A DNA stretch of 64,000 bases from Eledone cirrhosa (lineage: Eukaryota), in contig OZ024750.1 in assembly GCA_964016885.1 (NCBI GenBank), positions 47,740,001 through 47,804,000 of the forward strand. Reading direction: 5' to 3'. The notes below the pieces were generated by a model. That model worked only from the letters and a program-made list of their open reading frames with translations. It was not told the DNA's origin and did not search any database. Each line of letters starts with the position of its first letter. Positions within the stretch are counted from its first letter, which is position 1. The translations under genes were made by a program, and so were the position numbers. This document shows, piece by piece, positions 1 to 12,402 of this stretch.

Positions 1-2485
1 TTGCCCACTCAGTCGCTTCTTCCACCACGGCTCTGCTCTTTCTTGTCTGTTGTTTCCTCTCGCTTTTATACCAAGTATTTTCCTCACCGTATTTGCTGTT
101 GCTTTGAGGATATTGTTGCACTGGTGAAGACTCCTCGCCTCAAGGTATGGGATGACTTTGTTTACCTTAGCTGTTGTTTCTTTTAACTTTTTCCTGTCTA
201 CAAATCTTAGGTTCATAGGTCTCCCACTATCATTGTTCAACTCATCTACCACTAAATTTAGGATGTCAACCGAATCTTGTCCTAGCCCGTCAGCATTCAT
301 CTCCTCAGTGGCCGTATCTCTGTTCCAGGTATTATTTATCTCAGTATTCAGATCATTGTCTGCTTCGGGTGGTTCCTCCGTTCTCAGGACCTCCTCACCT
401 TCATTTCCCGCCGGCTCGCTTGTCTGGCATACTACACCCGCCATCTCCAAGCCATTCTCTCTGCTCAGTTCCTCCAGTTCCAGCTCGCTTATCCACCCAT
501 TAGTTCTTATTACCCGAGCCTGCCCGGCCAATTTTTGTTCATCTAATTTAAATAAACCAATCACGTTCCAGATGTTATGCATCCGTCTCCTGTAGCCCCT
601 CTCTTTGGGGTTACTTTTCAGGTAGCATTGCATAACAGTTCTATTCAATTCTTTCGTCCAGTTGGTTCTGGCCCCTTTCCTTCTTCTTCTTCCTCCAACA
701 TCAGCAGTATTTGGTTGACAGTCAGGTTCCTGCTGCTGAGCCAGGGGGCACCTGTTGGGTGAGAGTCTGTCACATGACGTTCTAGTCTCCATTTCACCGT
801 TATTCGAACTGTTTATGTTCGATATTTAAACACTCTTATCGAGGATTGGCGAATGTATGTTTACATAGCCATCTGTGGATCCGCCATCCCACTTGGCCCT
901 TGTGTGGCATTATCACCACGCTGTATACGGACACACATAAACAAACAAACACACGGGCAGAAAGGGCCCCAAAAATGAATAAGCATAAGTTTCATTGTAA
1001 TGTAGTATTCGAATGTCTGACTTAGTTTTTGTTTTTTAAGTTTTACTTTTCCCCCCCTCTTCTCTGTCCGTCCGCCTGCTTCTCTCTTCATTCTTATTTT
1101 CTTTACGTTTTGGGGGTTTCTTTTTTTGTTTTTGTTTTTCTCTGTTTTTCTCGTTTTTTACTGTTGTTGCTGTGCTGCTTTTGTTGTTTGTTTTTTCTTT
1201 TTTCTTTTGAGTCTATCTATATATTTTGATGCCTTCCTCTTTGTTAGTAGGAATTCTATAATGTGGAAGTGGTAGCCAGCAGAGACTGGCGGCGTTGGCG
1301 ATACTGAGACAGTGGTGGTGGTGATGTCGATACCGAGGCAGTGGTGGCGGTGATGCGACCGTATTACTGTAGTGATGGTGCTGTAGCGGTGGCAGCAGCA
1401 GTGAAGGAGTCAGGGGGTGGTGGCGGCGGTGATGGGATAGTGGTGGTAATGATGGCCGTAGTGAGCGGTGGCGGTGAAGGTGAAAATGCTGTTGTGTTTA
1501 GTGTACACAGATGATGGGGTGGGTGGTGTATCTAGTTTCTGGTGTTGGTGAGTTTCGCTGTCCTATATAGTGTAGCCAGAGGAGAGGAGGGGGGGTTCTT
1601 CTTCTTCCATTTATAGCCATTTTATTTTTTGGGGGATATACAGTGTACAATACAAAGTTGAATATTTGAATATTTGAGCCGTATTACTGTAGTGATGGTG
1701 CTGTAGCGGTGGCAGCAGCAGTGAAGGAGTCAAGGGGTGGTGGCGGCGGTGATGGGATAGTGGTGGTAATGATGGCCGTAGTGAGCGGTGGCGGTGAAGG
1801 TGAAAATGCTGTTGTGTTTAGTGTACACAGATGATGGGGTGGGTGGTGTATCTAGTTTCTGGTGTTGGTGAGTTTAGCTGTCCTATATAGTGTAGCCAGA
1901 GGAGAGGAGGGGGGGTTCTTCTTCTTCCATTTATAGCCATTTTATTTTTTTGGGGATATACAGTGTACAATACAAAGTTGAATATTTGAATATTTGAGCC
2001 GTATTACTGTAGTGATGGTGCTGTAGCGGTGGCAGCAGCAGTGAAGGAGTCAAGGGGTGGTGGCGGCGGTGATGGGATAGTGGTGGTAATGATGGCCGTA
2101 GTGAGCGGTGGCGGTGAAGGTGAAAATGCTGTTGTGTTTAGTGTACACAGATGATGGGGTGGGTGGTGTATCTAGTTTCTGGTGTTGGTGAGTTTAGCTG
2201 TCCTATATAGTGTAGCCAGAGGAGAGGAGGGGGGGGGGGTTCTTCTTCTTCCATTTATAGCCACTTTTTTTTGGATATACAGTGTACAATACAAAGTTGA
2301 ATATTTGAATATTTGAGCCTTATAACAATATATTTTGGGTCCGAATTTTTTTGGGGCTCAAGCCGGGTGCTTTACGTAGCATTTGTACTAAGAGTTGTTA
2401 TTTCACAAATGATTTAAATATGTTAAAAATTCAAAACTTACGGGAGCGATTTCATGACCTCCGTCACCTCGTGCGTCTTCTTCCC
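1..2485 (-). mobile_element. 5' part of an R4/Dong-clade (RLE) non-LTR retrotransposon, continuing off the left edge of the window
   Basis: Reverse complement of 35646-~37500. ORF start ATG at 790-792 on the minus strand (METRTS..., WTKELNRTVMQCYLKSNP motif). The 5' end GGGAAGAAGACGCAC abuts a (TAA)n tract. Confidence 0.92.
1358..2318. repeat. Three tandem copies of a ~320-bp unit inside the Dong 5' UTR
   Basis: GTATTACTGTAGTGATGGTG recurs at 1361, 1681 and 2001. The unit is single-copy in the sister element at ~35810-36140. Confidence 0.95.

Positions 2486-2540
<55 letters not shown>
2486..2540. repeat. (TAT)n microsatellite separating Dong (-) and Tx1 (+)
   Basis: Seen directly in the sequence. 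Confidence 0.98.
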
Positions 2541-2754
2541 GGCGACCTACGTAGTAAATCGTATCATCGTGAGCTCCGTAAAGGTTTGTTATTTTTAGTT
2601 GTTTAAAATTGCCATTTATGGAAAATTTTTATTGTAAAATGTATATAAGTGCACATACATTGTTATCTCAAAAGGACACCCAAAAAGATCGGGGCCTTGA
2701 GCCCAAAATTTCAACTTTTATAATTAACAAACAAAAATGTTTCTTTGAAAAATC

Positions 2755-4686
2755 ATGGACGACTCAAAGTCACTCCTTCCTCACAAACTAACACCTCACA
2801 CCGACACCACCATTGTAAATATTACTACGTTTGCCAACACTAAAAATATAAGCAGTAGCAATATTTTAAATTTGTCGCAGGCAGACATTCATTTCCCGCC
2901 ATTACCAATGACTGCAGGTGTTAAAGCCGCCACCCCCACCACCACCACAGCGACAACAGAAACAAAAGAAAAAAACTAAATTAACTCGTGATATCGAAAT
3001 GAATTCAACCAAAATGAACTCTTCCACACCGAACACCACTGACGCCACCACCACCACAACTGAAACTAAAATTAATAATAACAAAAATAACGATAACATC
3101 AACAGCAACAATCACATTAAGAAAACCACCCTGAGTTTTGCCAGAGTAGCAAAACAGTGCGAAGCATTTCAGGTAACTCAGGAGGAATTAGAAGAAGCCA
3201 AAAAAACTGGTAAAGAAATATGGGCACAGGGTCAGCCTCATCCCCCACACACCCACACCTAATAACATGGAGCATCGGCGCCTATGCACCGTGTCTTATC
3301 GAACAATTAATATAAATATCGCGCCGAGTGGAACGGGGATCCGAGTCCCAAATCCAAAAAGCTTTGGGACATGTGTGGGCAAAAAAAACCCACATCAGAC
3401 GTGGGCAGAAATATGGAACCGCGGACGTGTTCTTTGAAAGACCACAGGAGGCTAGAGAACACTCCATGGCCCCATTCAGAAGTGACAATTTCACACTCGT
3501 CCCAAGCTATTGTGACCAGAGACTCGTAAAGATCAGGTGACCCACGTTCCACCGGCCATCGAAATTCCCTGACTAATAGCTGCCGTCCTCGCCGGCATCG
3601 AAGCCAGCACCAAGATAATCGAAATAGCGAAAGAAAAGCAGGAAAACTGGTCCGGTACAGGGATGGAGCTCCTGATCCAAGCGGACCAAAAAAGCATGGA
3701 GGAGATCCCAGAGGTAATAGACCTCATTGACGGCAGCCACCTCACCGTAATCGTCGAGGGCAGAAGGCCTAGGTGTGTCGTTTGTGGTGAAGGAACCCAC
3801 CTAAGCGCTTTCTGCCCTCAGGCTAAAAGGTTGAGGCCAACTCTCTTACCCACCCCAGTGACTCAACCATCAATGCCACCAGCAGCAGAGATGGCAGCAA
3901 CAACTGTAGCAGCAACAACAGAAGCAACTGTAACAGCAACATCCCCAGCAACAGTAGCAAAACCAACACAACCACCACCCTACGCGCCAGAACTAGCACC
4001 AACGCCTCCACCATCCACCACGCCACAACCAAAACCAACGCCTGTGGAGGATTTTCCACTCCCCGGCCTATCACAACTGGAGACAGATTGTGACGACGAG
4101 GAGTGGGAAACGGTATCAGGAAAAAAGAAAAAAGAAACCAAAAAAGAAAAAAATATTCTCTTCCCTCACCCTCCAAAAACAAAATACAAAGGGAAACAAA
4201 TAAACTATCAAACAAAAAAGTTAGGACAGATATGCCACCATCCACACCAGCATCACCAACCCTATCACCACAAACATCAACACCATCACCATCATAAACC
4301 CCAACACCACCATCACCAACACCAAAATAGTCACCAAAATGCGAAACAGAAACAAACCCACAACAAACGCAACCAAAACAAAACAACCAAAACGATACAC
4401 ACTACACAGCATTAAATTTGAACAAAAAACAATTATTACACTACATCCAACACAACACCAGCATCACAGAAAAATACTACAAAATAACCACAAAGTTCAC
4501 ACCACCTCCACACATACAAATCACTCGCATCACACAGAAAACGTACACGACACTGAAACAAAAATACCCCGAGACATCGGAGATTTCCGACAAGCACTCT
4601 CCAGAAGGATTATAAGGACATCCTTACGGTGGAGGCCACAAGCAGTAAAAAGGATGGACAAACCATCCTTCCTCTACGAGAAGTAA
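2755..4686 (+). pseudogene. Tx1 ORF1 (gag-like nucleic-acid chaperone), frameshifted
   Basis: Zinc knuckle CVVCGEGTHLSAFC (CX2CX4HX4C) at ~3774, Pro/Thr-rich tail, 'EWETVSGKKKK' motif; split across frames. Confidence 0.8.
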
Positions 4687-4725
4687 GGTAAGTGGTCTTT
4701 CCCATCTTTTCCACTCCATTTCAAC

Positions 4726-7700
4726 ATGGCTTCACTCAGAATAGGTAGCATAAATGCGTGTGGCTTGAGGTCGTCATGGAAGCAGGGTCACCTGCTCAAC
4801 GACCTCAGGTCACTAAATATAGATGTAGTGGCCATCAGCGAGACCAGAATCTCCGAAGCACGGGCCTTCGCACCGATCTTCGGCGGCTACGATGTGTACG
4901 CATCTCCCAGCCGTCCTGGATCGGGGGAGAAGTTGCTGTGCTTTTTCGGAGAGATCTGGATCTCGCCATACGAGCCATCTACCTGGACCCAGAAGGTAAG
5001 TTGGTTGGGCTGGACGTGCCCAGCGGAGATGGGCAAGCTTTCAGGCTAGTGGCCGTCTATATCCCGACATGAGCAGGGCGTCTGGAGACATTTCTTGGAA
5101 CGTCCCGCTCTCTTGTGTTAGTGGGCGACTGGGACGGGATCTTAGATGCACGCTGGGACTGTGTGGGATTAGCGGATAGTGGAAGAGGGTGCAAGACCCT
5201 CACGAACCTGCTCAGGCGTTTGAACTGTCTGACAGGTACCCATTGGATTTCCCGAATGGGCCAATGGGGACTTGGACAAATCGCATAGGCTCCTCCAGAT
5301 CATATCTAGATAGAGTATTTTGTAGGGAAATAGATAGGTCCAGCATAGGCTGTCCAGAATTCAAGATAGTCAGCTACACGGACCACAAATTCGTGATCTG
5401 TGTGCTTGATTTATATAGGCTTCATTAACGAGGACGCGGCTACTGGAAGCTAAACGCGTCCTTACCAGCGCGCAAGGCCTACAGAGACCGGATTAGCGAA
5501 CTAGTTAAGCGGGCGTTGACGGGGGCCATCGTCAACAAGTGGTGGTTTGCTCTGAAAAGAGCAATTAGAATAGAGTACATTAGGTTTAGTAAGGCTTTAG
5601 CAATAGAACAAAATAGAGCAGAGGGAGAATTAGTTAGAAAATTAGACGAGGCGCTTAGCAAAGGCATTGCGACCGACGCACTTACGGCGAAATTGGCCCT
5701 TGAACAATTCGTCAATGCAAACCACGAAGGATGCGTTGTCAGAGCCAGGGTGCATGCTCTCAGACACGAGGGGACGAAAGCCGTTCAATGGGCCGGAGTG
5801 GCGGAGGCGCATCGTGGCAACAAATTCATGATTCTGTCTTTGGTGGACAACGACGGGCGCATGCTACTCGATCCCGAGCAAATGTGTGAAGCTTTTCAGC
5901 GACACTTCGCACAGCTCTTCGGGGGCAGCGGCGGGCCGGATCGAGGGATGGACTTTAGTGTCCACCTCGACGGACTGCCGCGTCTCTCGGCCACTGGGGC
6001 GAAGTGTTGCGAAAAGCCGATAACAGCCGCTGAAGTACGGGAGGCAATGACTGGTTTCATAAGGGGTGAATCGCCTGGTTTGGATAGTCTGCCCTATGAA
6101 CTTTACATACAGATGCCAGATTTGTTCGGAGGCCTCTTGGCGGACGTCTCCTGCAACTGGCAACAGAACGGGAGAATTCCCAGCTCCGTGAGCCATGGAG
6201 ATGTGGCGCTGCTGAGAAAGGATCCAAACAAGGGGGATAAGAGATAATGTCAGGCCCATAACTCTGCTAAACACAGAGTTCAAGATTTTGACCAAGGTGC
6301 TAGCAAGGTGGTCTGGAGGGAGAGGCGCAGACATGCGCCATTCTCGACAGATCCATCCACGACAACCTCCACCTCGTGCGATGCATCGTAGAGAGGGTAG
6401 CTATGGAACCTGGCACGGATGGGTCCTTGATCAATTTAGATCAGACGAAAGCTTTCGATAGGGTCGACCATCCTTACCTAGCAGCAGTCCTGAGGGCGGC
6501 TGGCTTTGGGCCCGTCTTCAGAGGCTGGATCTGTGCCATGCACAGCGATATCTGCTCTGTGGTGAGAGTGAACGGTCACCTTTCGGAACCGTTCAACATC
6601 ATGCGCTCGGTCCGAAAAGGATGTCCCCTCTCGTCCCTCTTGTACGTATTGACTCTCGAGCCATTACTACACAAATTGGAGACGATGAGGGGGGTCCCGC
6701 ACGAACTAGGATGCGGAAGATCCGTGTCAGCATATGCGGACGATGTCACCGTAGTGGTGTCGAACGCCAAACACATCGAGGCGATCAGCACTACAGTAAG
6801 AGAATATGAAGCGGTAACAGGAGCAATGATCAACCAGGAAAAGTCAGTGGGCATGGAGAGATAGATCCATGCCGTCCAACAGCGTCGTGGGGCGCTGGAC
6901 GCACGGACCGGTTAAATTGCTAGGGGTCTGGTTCGGTCTGGACTTCCAGACGCACAAAAACTGGGACGAGGTGCCGAGCAGGGTGGCTTCTCCCAGCCAG
7001 AAATGGGCCGAGTGGAAGCTATCCCTGAAAGGTCGAGCGGAGGTGGCGAACGCGAACGTCGCGTACGTCATCTACTACCGCCTGACCGTGGTACCTTGTC
7101 CTAAGCCGCGCCTAACTGCGCTGGAGTGTTTGCTCTTTCGCTTTTTGTGGAAGGGACGCGCTCCGATGGTTAGTCGGTCCATCTGCTGTCAACACACGCT
7201 ATTTGGAGGGCTGGGAATGCCGTGACTGATGATGCGCAGACACGCGCTCAGGCTACGACATCTTCACCTCTTCCTCGACGGTGATCAGGTATGGTCGCCG
7301 TTTTCTAGACGCGGCTTTCGCCAGCTCGTGTCCTTGACGGAGCAGCAGTCCTGGGTCAAGCGAAGACCAAGATGGAGCGCTTGGAGACTGGAATGTCTTC
7401 AGGCGCTCACAGCCCTCGACCAATCGGGCAATGTGATCGGTGGAAACTCCACTTTGGCGTTCTATAGAGGGGAAGAGCGACGACGTACTTGGAGAAAATT
7501 TAGGCGTCGACGAAAATCAACTAGCCAATCTCTTCGGAAGTACTTTCGGGCCGGGGCCTATGGACAACTTCCAGAAATCCCTGGCCTGGCAGTGCTACCG
7601 AGGAGCTTTGCCAGTTCAGGATAAACTCTACATGCATGGAGGTACCGTCAGCCGGGCATGTCCGAGATGCGCGCAGGACGACAAAACCGTACCGCACGCA

Positions 7701-8074
7701 CTCGTCCAGTGTCCGAGAATTCTGACTTGGGGATTTATGTCGAACAAATGCTGTCACGTGTAGGACGGATCCAGCTATCAGCTGAGTCCATCGTGAGGAT
7801 TGCCCCGCCCTCTTGCTTTGGCCGGGAAGGGCAGGCAATGTTTATCTCTTTGGTGGCCATGGCGAAAGAGATAGTATGGTGGACACGTTTGAAAGGGCTG
7901 AAGACGAGCACTTACCTCTTCGATGATGCCCTGATTAACTTTTTCAAATTTCATTTGAAAAGGAAAATCAGGGTAGAGAGGGAAGTGCTCTCTTCCCATC
8001 ATTTTGTTGAAAGATTGGTGAGAGAATCTAGTATGGCCCAAGTGAATGGGCCTAGTCTGAATATGTGTCAGTAA
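4726..8074 (+). pseudogene. Tx1 ORF2 (APE endonuclease plus reverse transcriptase), with multiple stops and frameshifts
   Basis: APE motifs: MASLRIGSINACGL, VAISET, YLDRVF, YTDHKF. RT motifs: SPGLDSLPYE, LDQTKAFDRVDH, SVRKGCPLS, YADD (~6733). C-terminal CPRC..H..C. Confidence 0.93.
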
Positions 8075-8333
8075 ATTAAAGGATGAAAACTGGGAGAGGG
8101 CACGTGCCCTGGTGGTCAGGGTCGCTGTGGCCTTTTAATGGGCTTTCTCCACAAATGTCCTTCCGAAGTCTCCCCCCTATTGCGGAATGTTTCATTGTTA
8201 TTTTTTGTATTACTAGCTCAGTTTTTTTTACACGATGAAATTCCCATTTGTACCGACAAGTATTGTCCTGTACTGTCCTTTATGTCTACTTTATGTAAAC
8301 CCTTGTGGTTAATAAAGAAATCATTATTATTAG

Positions 8334-8378
<45 letters not shown>

Positions 8379-8380
<2 letters not shown>

Positions 8381-8918
8381 CTTGAATCTCAGTCATTGAT
8401 GTTGGTTAACTGGAAAGTCCGTTGGAATGAATATCAAGCCACGACCTGCAGCCTCAGATATTCAGGACGTATCGGAGGGTTCTTGCTGTTCCCAGCAAGC
8501 ATGCCTTTTGAAGAGTTCCAAAAAGCGTGAAGGGGTCGATTTTCTTTAACCATCCCTGGAAACTTTTGGAGATAGTCCCCAGTGCGCCTATGACAATCGG
8601 GATCACTTTGACTTCATGGCAGTTCCAAATCCTTTTTACCTCCCACTTTAAGTCTTGGTATCGGTTAATTTTCTCCCTCTCCTTCTCTCACACTCTCGTG
8701 TCAAATGGGCAGGCCACATCCACAATCAGACACGCTCTTTTTTCTTTGTCCACAACCACCAGGTCAGGTCTCTTGTGTTCCAGTTTCTTGTCCGTCTGTA
8801 TCCTAAAATCCCACAGCACCTTCACCTGATCGTTCTCCATCACCGCCTCTGGCCTATGCTCCTACCATTTCTCAGAATGTGGTAAATTGTTTACTTTGCA
8901 CAGGTGCCAGTGGATCAC

Positions 8919-8919
<1 letters not shown>
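8379..8919 (-). mobile_element. 5'-truncated R4/Dong copy (RLE endonuclease end plus 3' UTR) inside (TAA)n
   Basis: Reverse complement of ~39640-40180 (RPDLVVVD, KINRY motifs); flanked by (TAT)n at 8323-8378 and 8920-8978. Confidence 0.93.
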
Positions 8920-8978
<59 letters not shown>

Positions 8979-8979
8979 C

Positions 8980-11222
8980 AGGGACGCACATGTGTGAAGA
9001 CAGACAAGTCTCCGGGGAAAAGGTTCGTAACTTTAAGCAGTTTTAAAGTATCATTTTTTGTATTTTCTTCTCGTTAACTATACATAATGTACCTACCTTG
9101 GTTTTAAGGAAGGGATACCTCTCAATGTTCTGGCTTTAAGTACGAATATTCAGATTTATTTTAAAAAACTTTGAAAAAAATCGCTTCCCCACGGAAAAAG
9201 AAAATATGGAAATGTTCGACCTTGAAACAGTATACAACTATTCAGGTCAAAAGTTCAAAAGCAGCCACTATAGATTTCACCTGAACTTCGACTGCTACAG
9301 ACATGCCTGTACTCCACTCCACTCAAAAGTTTCATCACAACCTTCTGTGTTAGCAGCAGTATCATCTGAAAACGACATCACCACCGCCATCACCACCACA
9401 ACAGCAACAACAACTCAGAGCAATAACGACAAGAACACCGACAACTTCAATGTAAACACGGATGGCGGTGGCAACAGCAACAACAAACAAAACAAATAAT
9501 AACAACACCAATAAAAACAGCAAGAACGACAACACCAACAACAAGAGCAACAGAGGCACCACATTTGCTGCAGCAGCAGCAAAAACAAACGCTTATTTTA
9601 TATTTATATTAGCGATAAAGACGAACAGTTGGCCCCGGTGTGGAGGCTAATTTAACGGGAGAAATCCTGGGCAATCCTACCATCCTGGACGGGGCAATAG
9701 CGGCATACAAAGGAGGACGGTGTACTTTCGATGCATTTCAGTGCAGACACGAAAGTGGAACTTGTCAGACAAGCAAATGTTGAGGCTGCTTTGGAATGCA
9801 TCGGAAGTGACATGCAGTATAAAGCAAGAGCCAAACAGTTCGGTACCATCGCGGTACTGTTCAAAACCGAGGCCCTTGCTATTAACCACTCGGTGACACC
9901 CTGCAGAACGAAACGCAGTATCATGCTCTCGTCCTACATGGGTAAAAGGACAGTAAAGATCCGCATCCCCAACATCCAACCAGGAATGAACATATGGTGG
10001 CTGCTGGGATGCGTAATCGAGGAGGGGACAGACACTACCTTCCTGGATATCAAAAGGACAGAGAGAAAATACTGGTGCGGAATGGATTTGGAGATTATTC
10101 TCCAAATGAAACCGGAGGACATGAACAACATGCCGGATTTTGCCCGCCTGCAGGACGGGACAACAATCCAACTAATCACTGAGGGCAGAAGGCCACGCTG
10201 CTTCATCTGCGGGGAAGCAACGCATCTGCATGCCTTCTGCCCTCAGCACAAACATGCAGGGGGTCGCAAACCTACTTCGTTGCAAACGCCAGTGTCAGCA
10301 CAGAAAGCTGCACCACAACCACGACCAAAAACAACAAAGACATGGACACCAACATAAAGAACAGCGCGGGACCACCACCAACACCGAAACCAATCCAAGG
10401 GGAAAACGAGGAAAACTCCCCCACTGCCCCTACCTACCCCCCAACTTATATACATAGACAAAACAATAAACGCACACACAGACACAGATACACTCACAGC
10501 CACAGACCCTTTGTCTTCCAGCAGCGAAGATGAAGGAAAACCCAAAAGTGCCAAAACAACAAAGAAAACTCACCCCCAAAAAGCCCCAACAAGAACACAA
10601 AAACATACACAACAAAAAATACAGACACCACTAACGCAAACACTTTCCCAATAACATCAGCACCAACAGCAACATCGACACCACCCCCACAATCCCCGAA
10701 CCGCAAACAACCTAAACAAACACAAGTACAAATAAACACACAAATACCTGAACTTGCAGAAACCACACCTACGACAAACACAGACATACCCTAAACAACA
10801 CCACCAAAACCATCACCACAAACAATCACCAAAATGAAAACAAACAAAACCACACCAAAAAATGTTAAAAACTTCGTGCTTGTCAGAAGGGCCAACGATA
10901 AACTGATGGCCCTCTTAGCAGGAAGCGATGACATTCAAACAGGGGTGGGGTGGATTTTTGAAAAGAGCATATTTTGCGTGCCAGAAGATATGCTTCTGGT
11001 CCGAATGTCACTTGATTCCTTCAAATAAATTCGGGAGAGCTTTCCTCAAGACGTGGGGACCACGAATGTAAAACTCTCATCAAGACTTTTAAAGGGGTTC
11101 CCAAAAGAAACCCCAACAACCATGTAGGTCGAACCACCCGACCTTGACAACACCCCGGGAGGTCAGTAAACCACCCCTCTCTCTTTTAGCTTGCCAACAT
11201 GGCCATATTAAGAGTAGGAAGT
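8980..11222 (+). mobile_element. Second, distinct Tx1-clade element: 5' UTR, decayed ORF1 and the first 8 codons of ORF2; 3' part lost
   Basis: Knuckle ITEGRRPRCFICGEATHLHAFC is homologous to the first Tx1 ORF1. ORF2 start MAILRVGS at 11199 matches MASLRIGS. Begins right after (ATT)n. Confidence 0.85.
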
Positions 11223-11892
11223 AACCCATGGTTCATCAGCGTGTGTAAGGCTAAACATTTCAAACAACACTAAAGAGCTTAGGATTCCTTCCCCTTTGAG
11301 CACATTATTGGCAGGGTATACCGAGAGATAATGGCTCCGTTCATTGATCGTGATATTTCGCTCCTTATAACAGTCTTTCCCCTCTCTCTGTTCGGTTCAG
11401 CACACCTCTCTCAGTGGTTTTGGGCTGCCCTTTCTAGCATCTTGTCCCTCACAGGCTACTGGTTCACTGCTCTTAAACACGATGTGACTTCTCACTCACA
11501 CGTCTAGCTGAACGGTCGCTTTACATTCTCTTAGTGTTTTCTGAAATGTATAGCCTTACAAACGCTGATGAACCATGGGTTATTCCATTTCTGTCAACAA
11601 CTTACTGGCGAAACAGATCTCTGTGGATTTGTACGTGTGTTATATAGTTATAGAGGTATGTATTTCCACTTTAATTCATATTTTTATTATCGTGTGTCAA
11701 CTCTGCCTTTCATAGGTTATATATTCCATACACTGGTGTTTTTTCCCTGTTATATTTCTCTGCACTGTATCTCTCTCTAATGTGTTACCTTTTCAACATA
11801 TTGTATTTTAAAGAGCTCAGGATTCCTTCTCGGTTGAGCACATTATTGACAGGGTATAACGAGAGTATATGATCCGTTAATTTATTGTGATA
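11223..11892 (+). mobile_element. Non-coding Penelope-like/pLTR-type element with inverted and direct terminal duplications and an HHR-like motif
   Basis: 11223-11270 is the inverse of 11531-11582. 11270-11357 is directly repeated at ~11809-11892. CTGATGA (11565)...GAAACAGATCT (11610). Ends in (TA)n. Confidence 0.6.
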
Positions 11893-11931
11893 TATATATA
11901 TATATATATATATGTATATGTATATATATAT

Positions 11932-12050
11932 GAAGGCGCGTGGCTAAGTGGTAAGAGAATTGAACTCTCAATCTTGAGGATGTGAGTTCGATTCCTGGAC
12001 CGGGCGAGGCGTTATGTCCTTGGGCAAGACACTTTATTTCGCGTTGCTCC
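11932..12050 (+). mobile_element. tRNA-derived SINE head with a CORE-like domain
   Basis: A box TGGCTAAGTGG, B box GTTCGATTCC, followed by TGTCCTTGGGCAAGACACTTT (CORE-like). Confidence 0.75.
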
Positions 12051-12361
12051 TTCTACCTGGAGTTGCGACCGATAGATAGTATTAGCAATTAGAAATACCA
12101 ATGGAAACATCGTTTCTACGGTCCGATTTGACGAAAGTCAATCGACTGTCATATTTATATATATATATATATATACAGATATATGGAGAAAAGTTGAAGT
12201 TGGAAATAGCACGGAAAGTATATTTTAGGGTCTGCTTTTCTCTGTTTCCTTTCTTTAATTCGCCAAAGTGACATTATTAAAAAGATAACATTATTGAAAA
12301 AATTCATGAGACAGAGAATTCTTTGAAAAATGTATTTAAATTATATAAAATATATAAAGTA

Positions 12362-12402
12362 TTACCAGTTTCGATGTATTATTAAAATTCATCTCATCAA
12401 AT
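12362..12402 (-). ncRNA. Degenerate minimal hammerhead ribozyme motif
   Basis: Minus strand reads TTGATGA-GATG-(loop)-CATC-GAAA-CTGGTA; C3 is mutated. Same stem II as the 49.3-kb HHR. Confidence 0.45.

Larger units (their letters stand above)
2541..8322 (+). mobile_element. Full-length but decayed Tx1/L1-clade LINE flanked by (TAT)n on both sides
   Basis: 5' UTR, ORF1 with a CCHC knuckle, APE-RT ORF2, 3' UTR ending AATAAA (8311-8316) followed by (ATT)n. Confidence 0.92.

Noticed and set aside
152-762. Plus-strand ORFs of 147 and 61 aa that recur at 36748-37358
   Set aside because: They are antisense shadows of the Dong ORF and recur only because the element is duplicated.
11932-12010. Functional tRNA gene
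   Set aside because: A and B boxes are present but the cloverleaf is incomplete and runs into a CORE-like SINE body.
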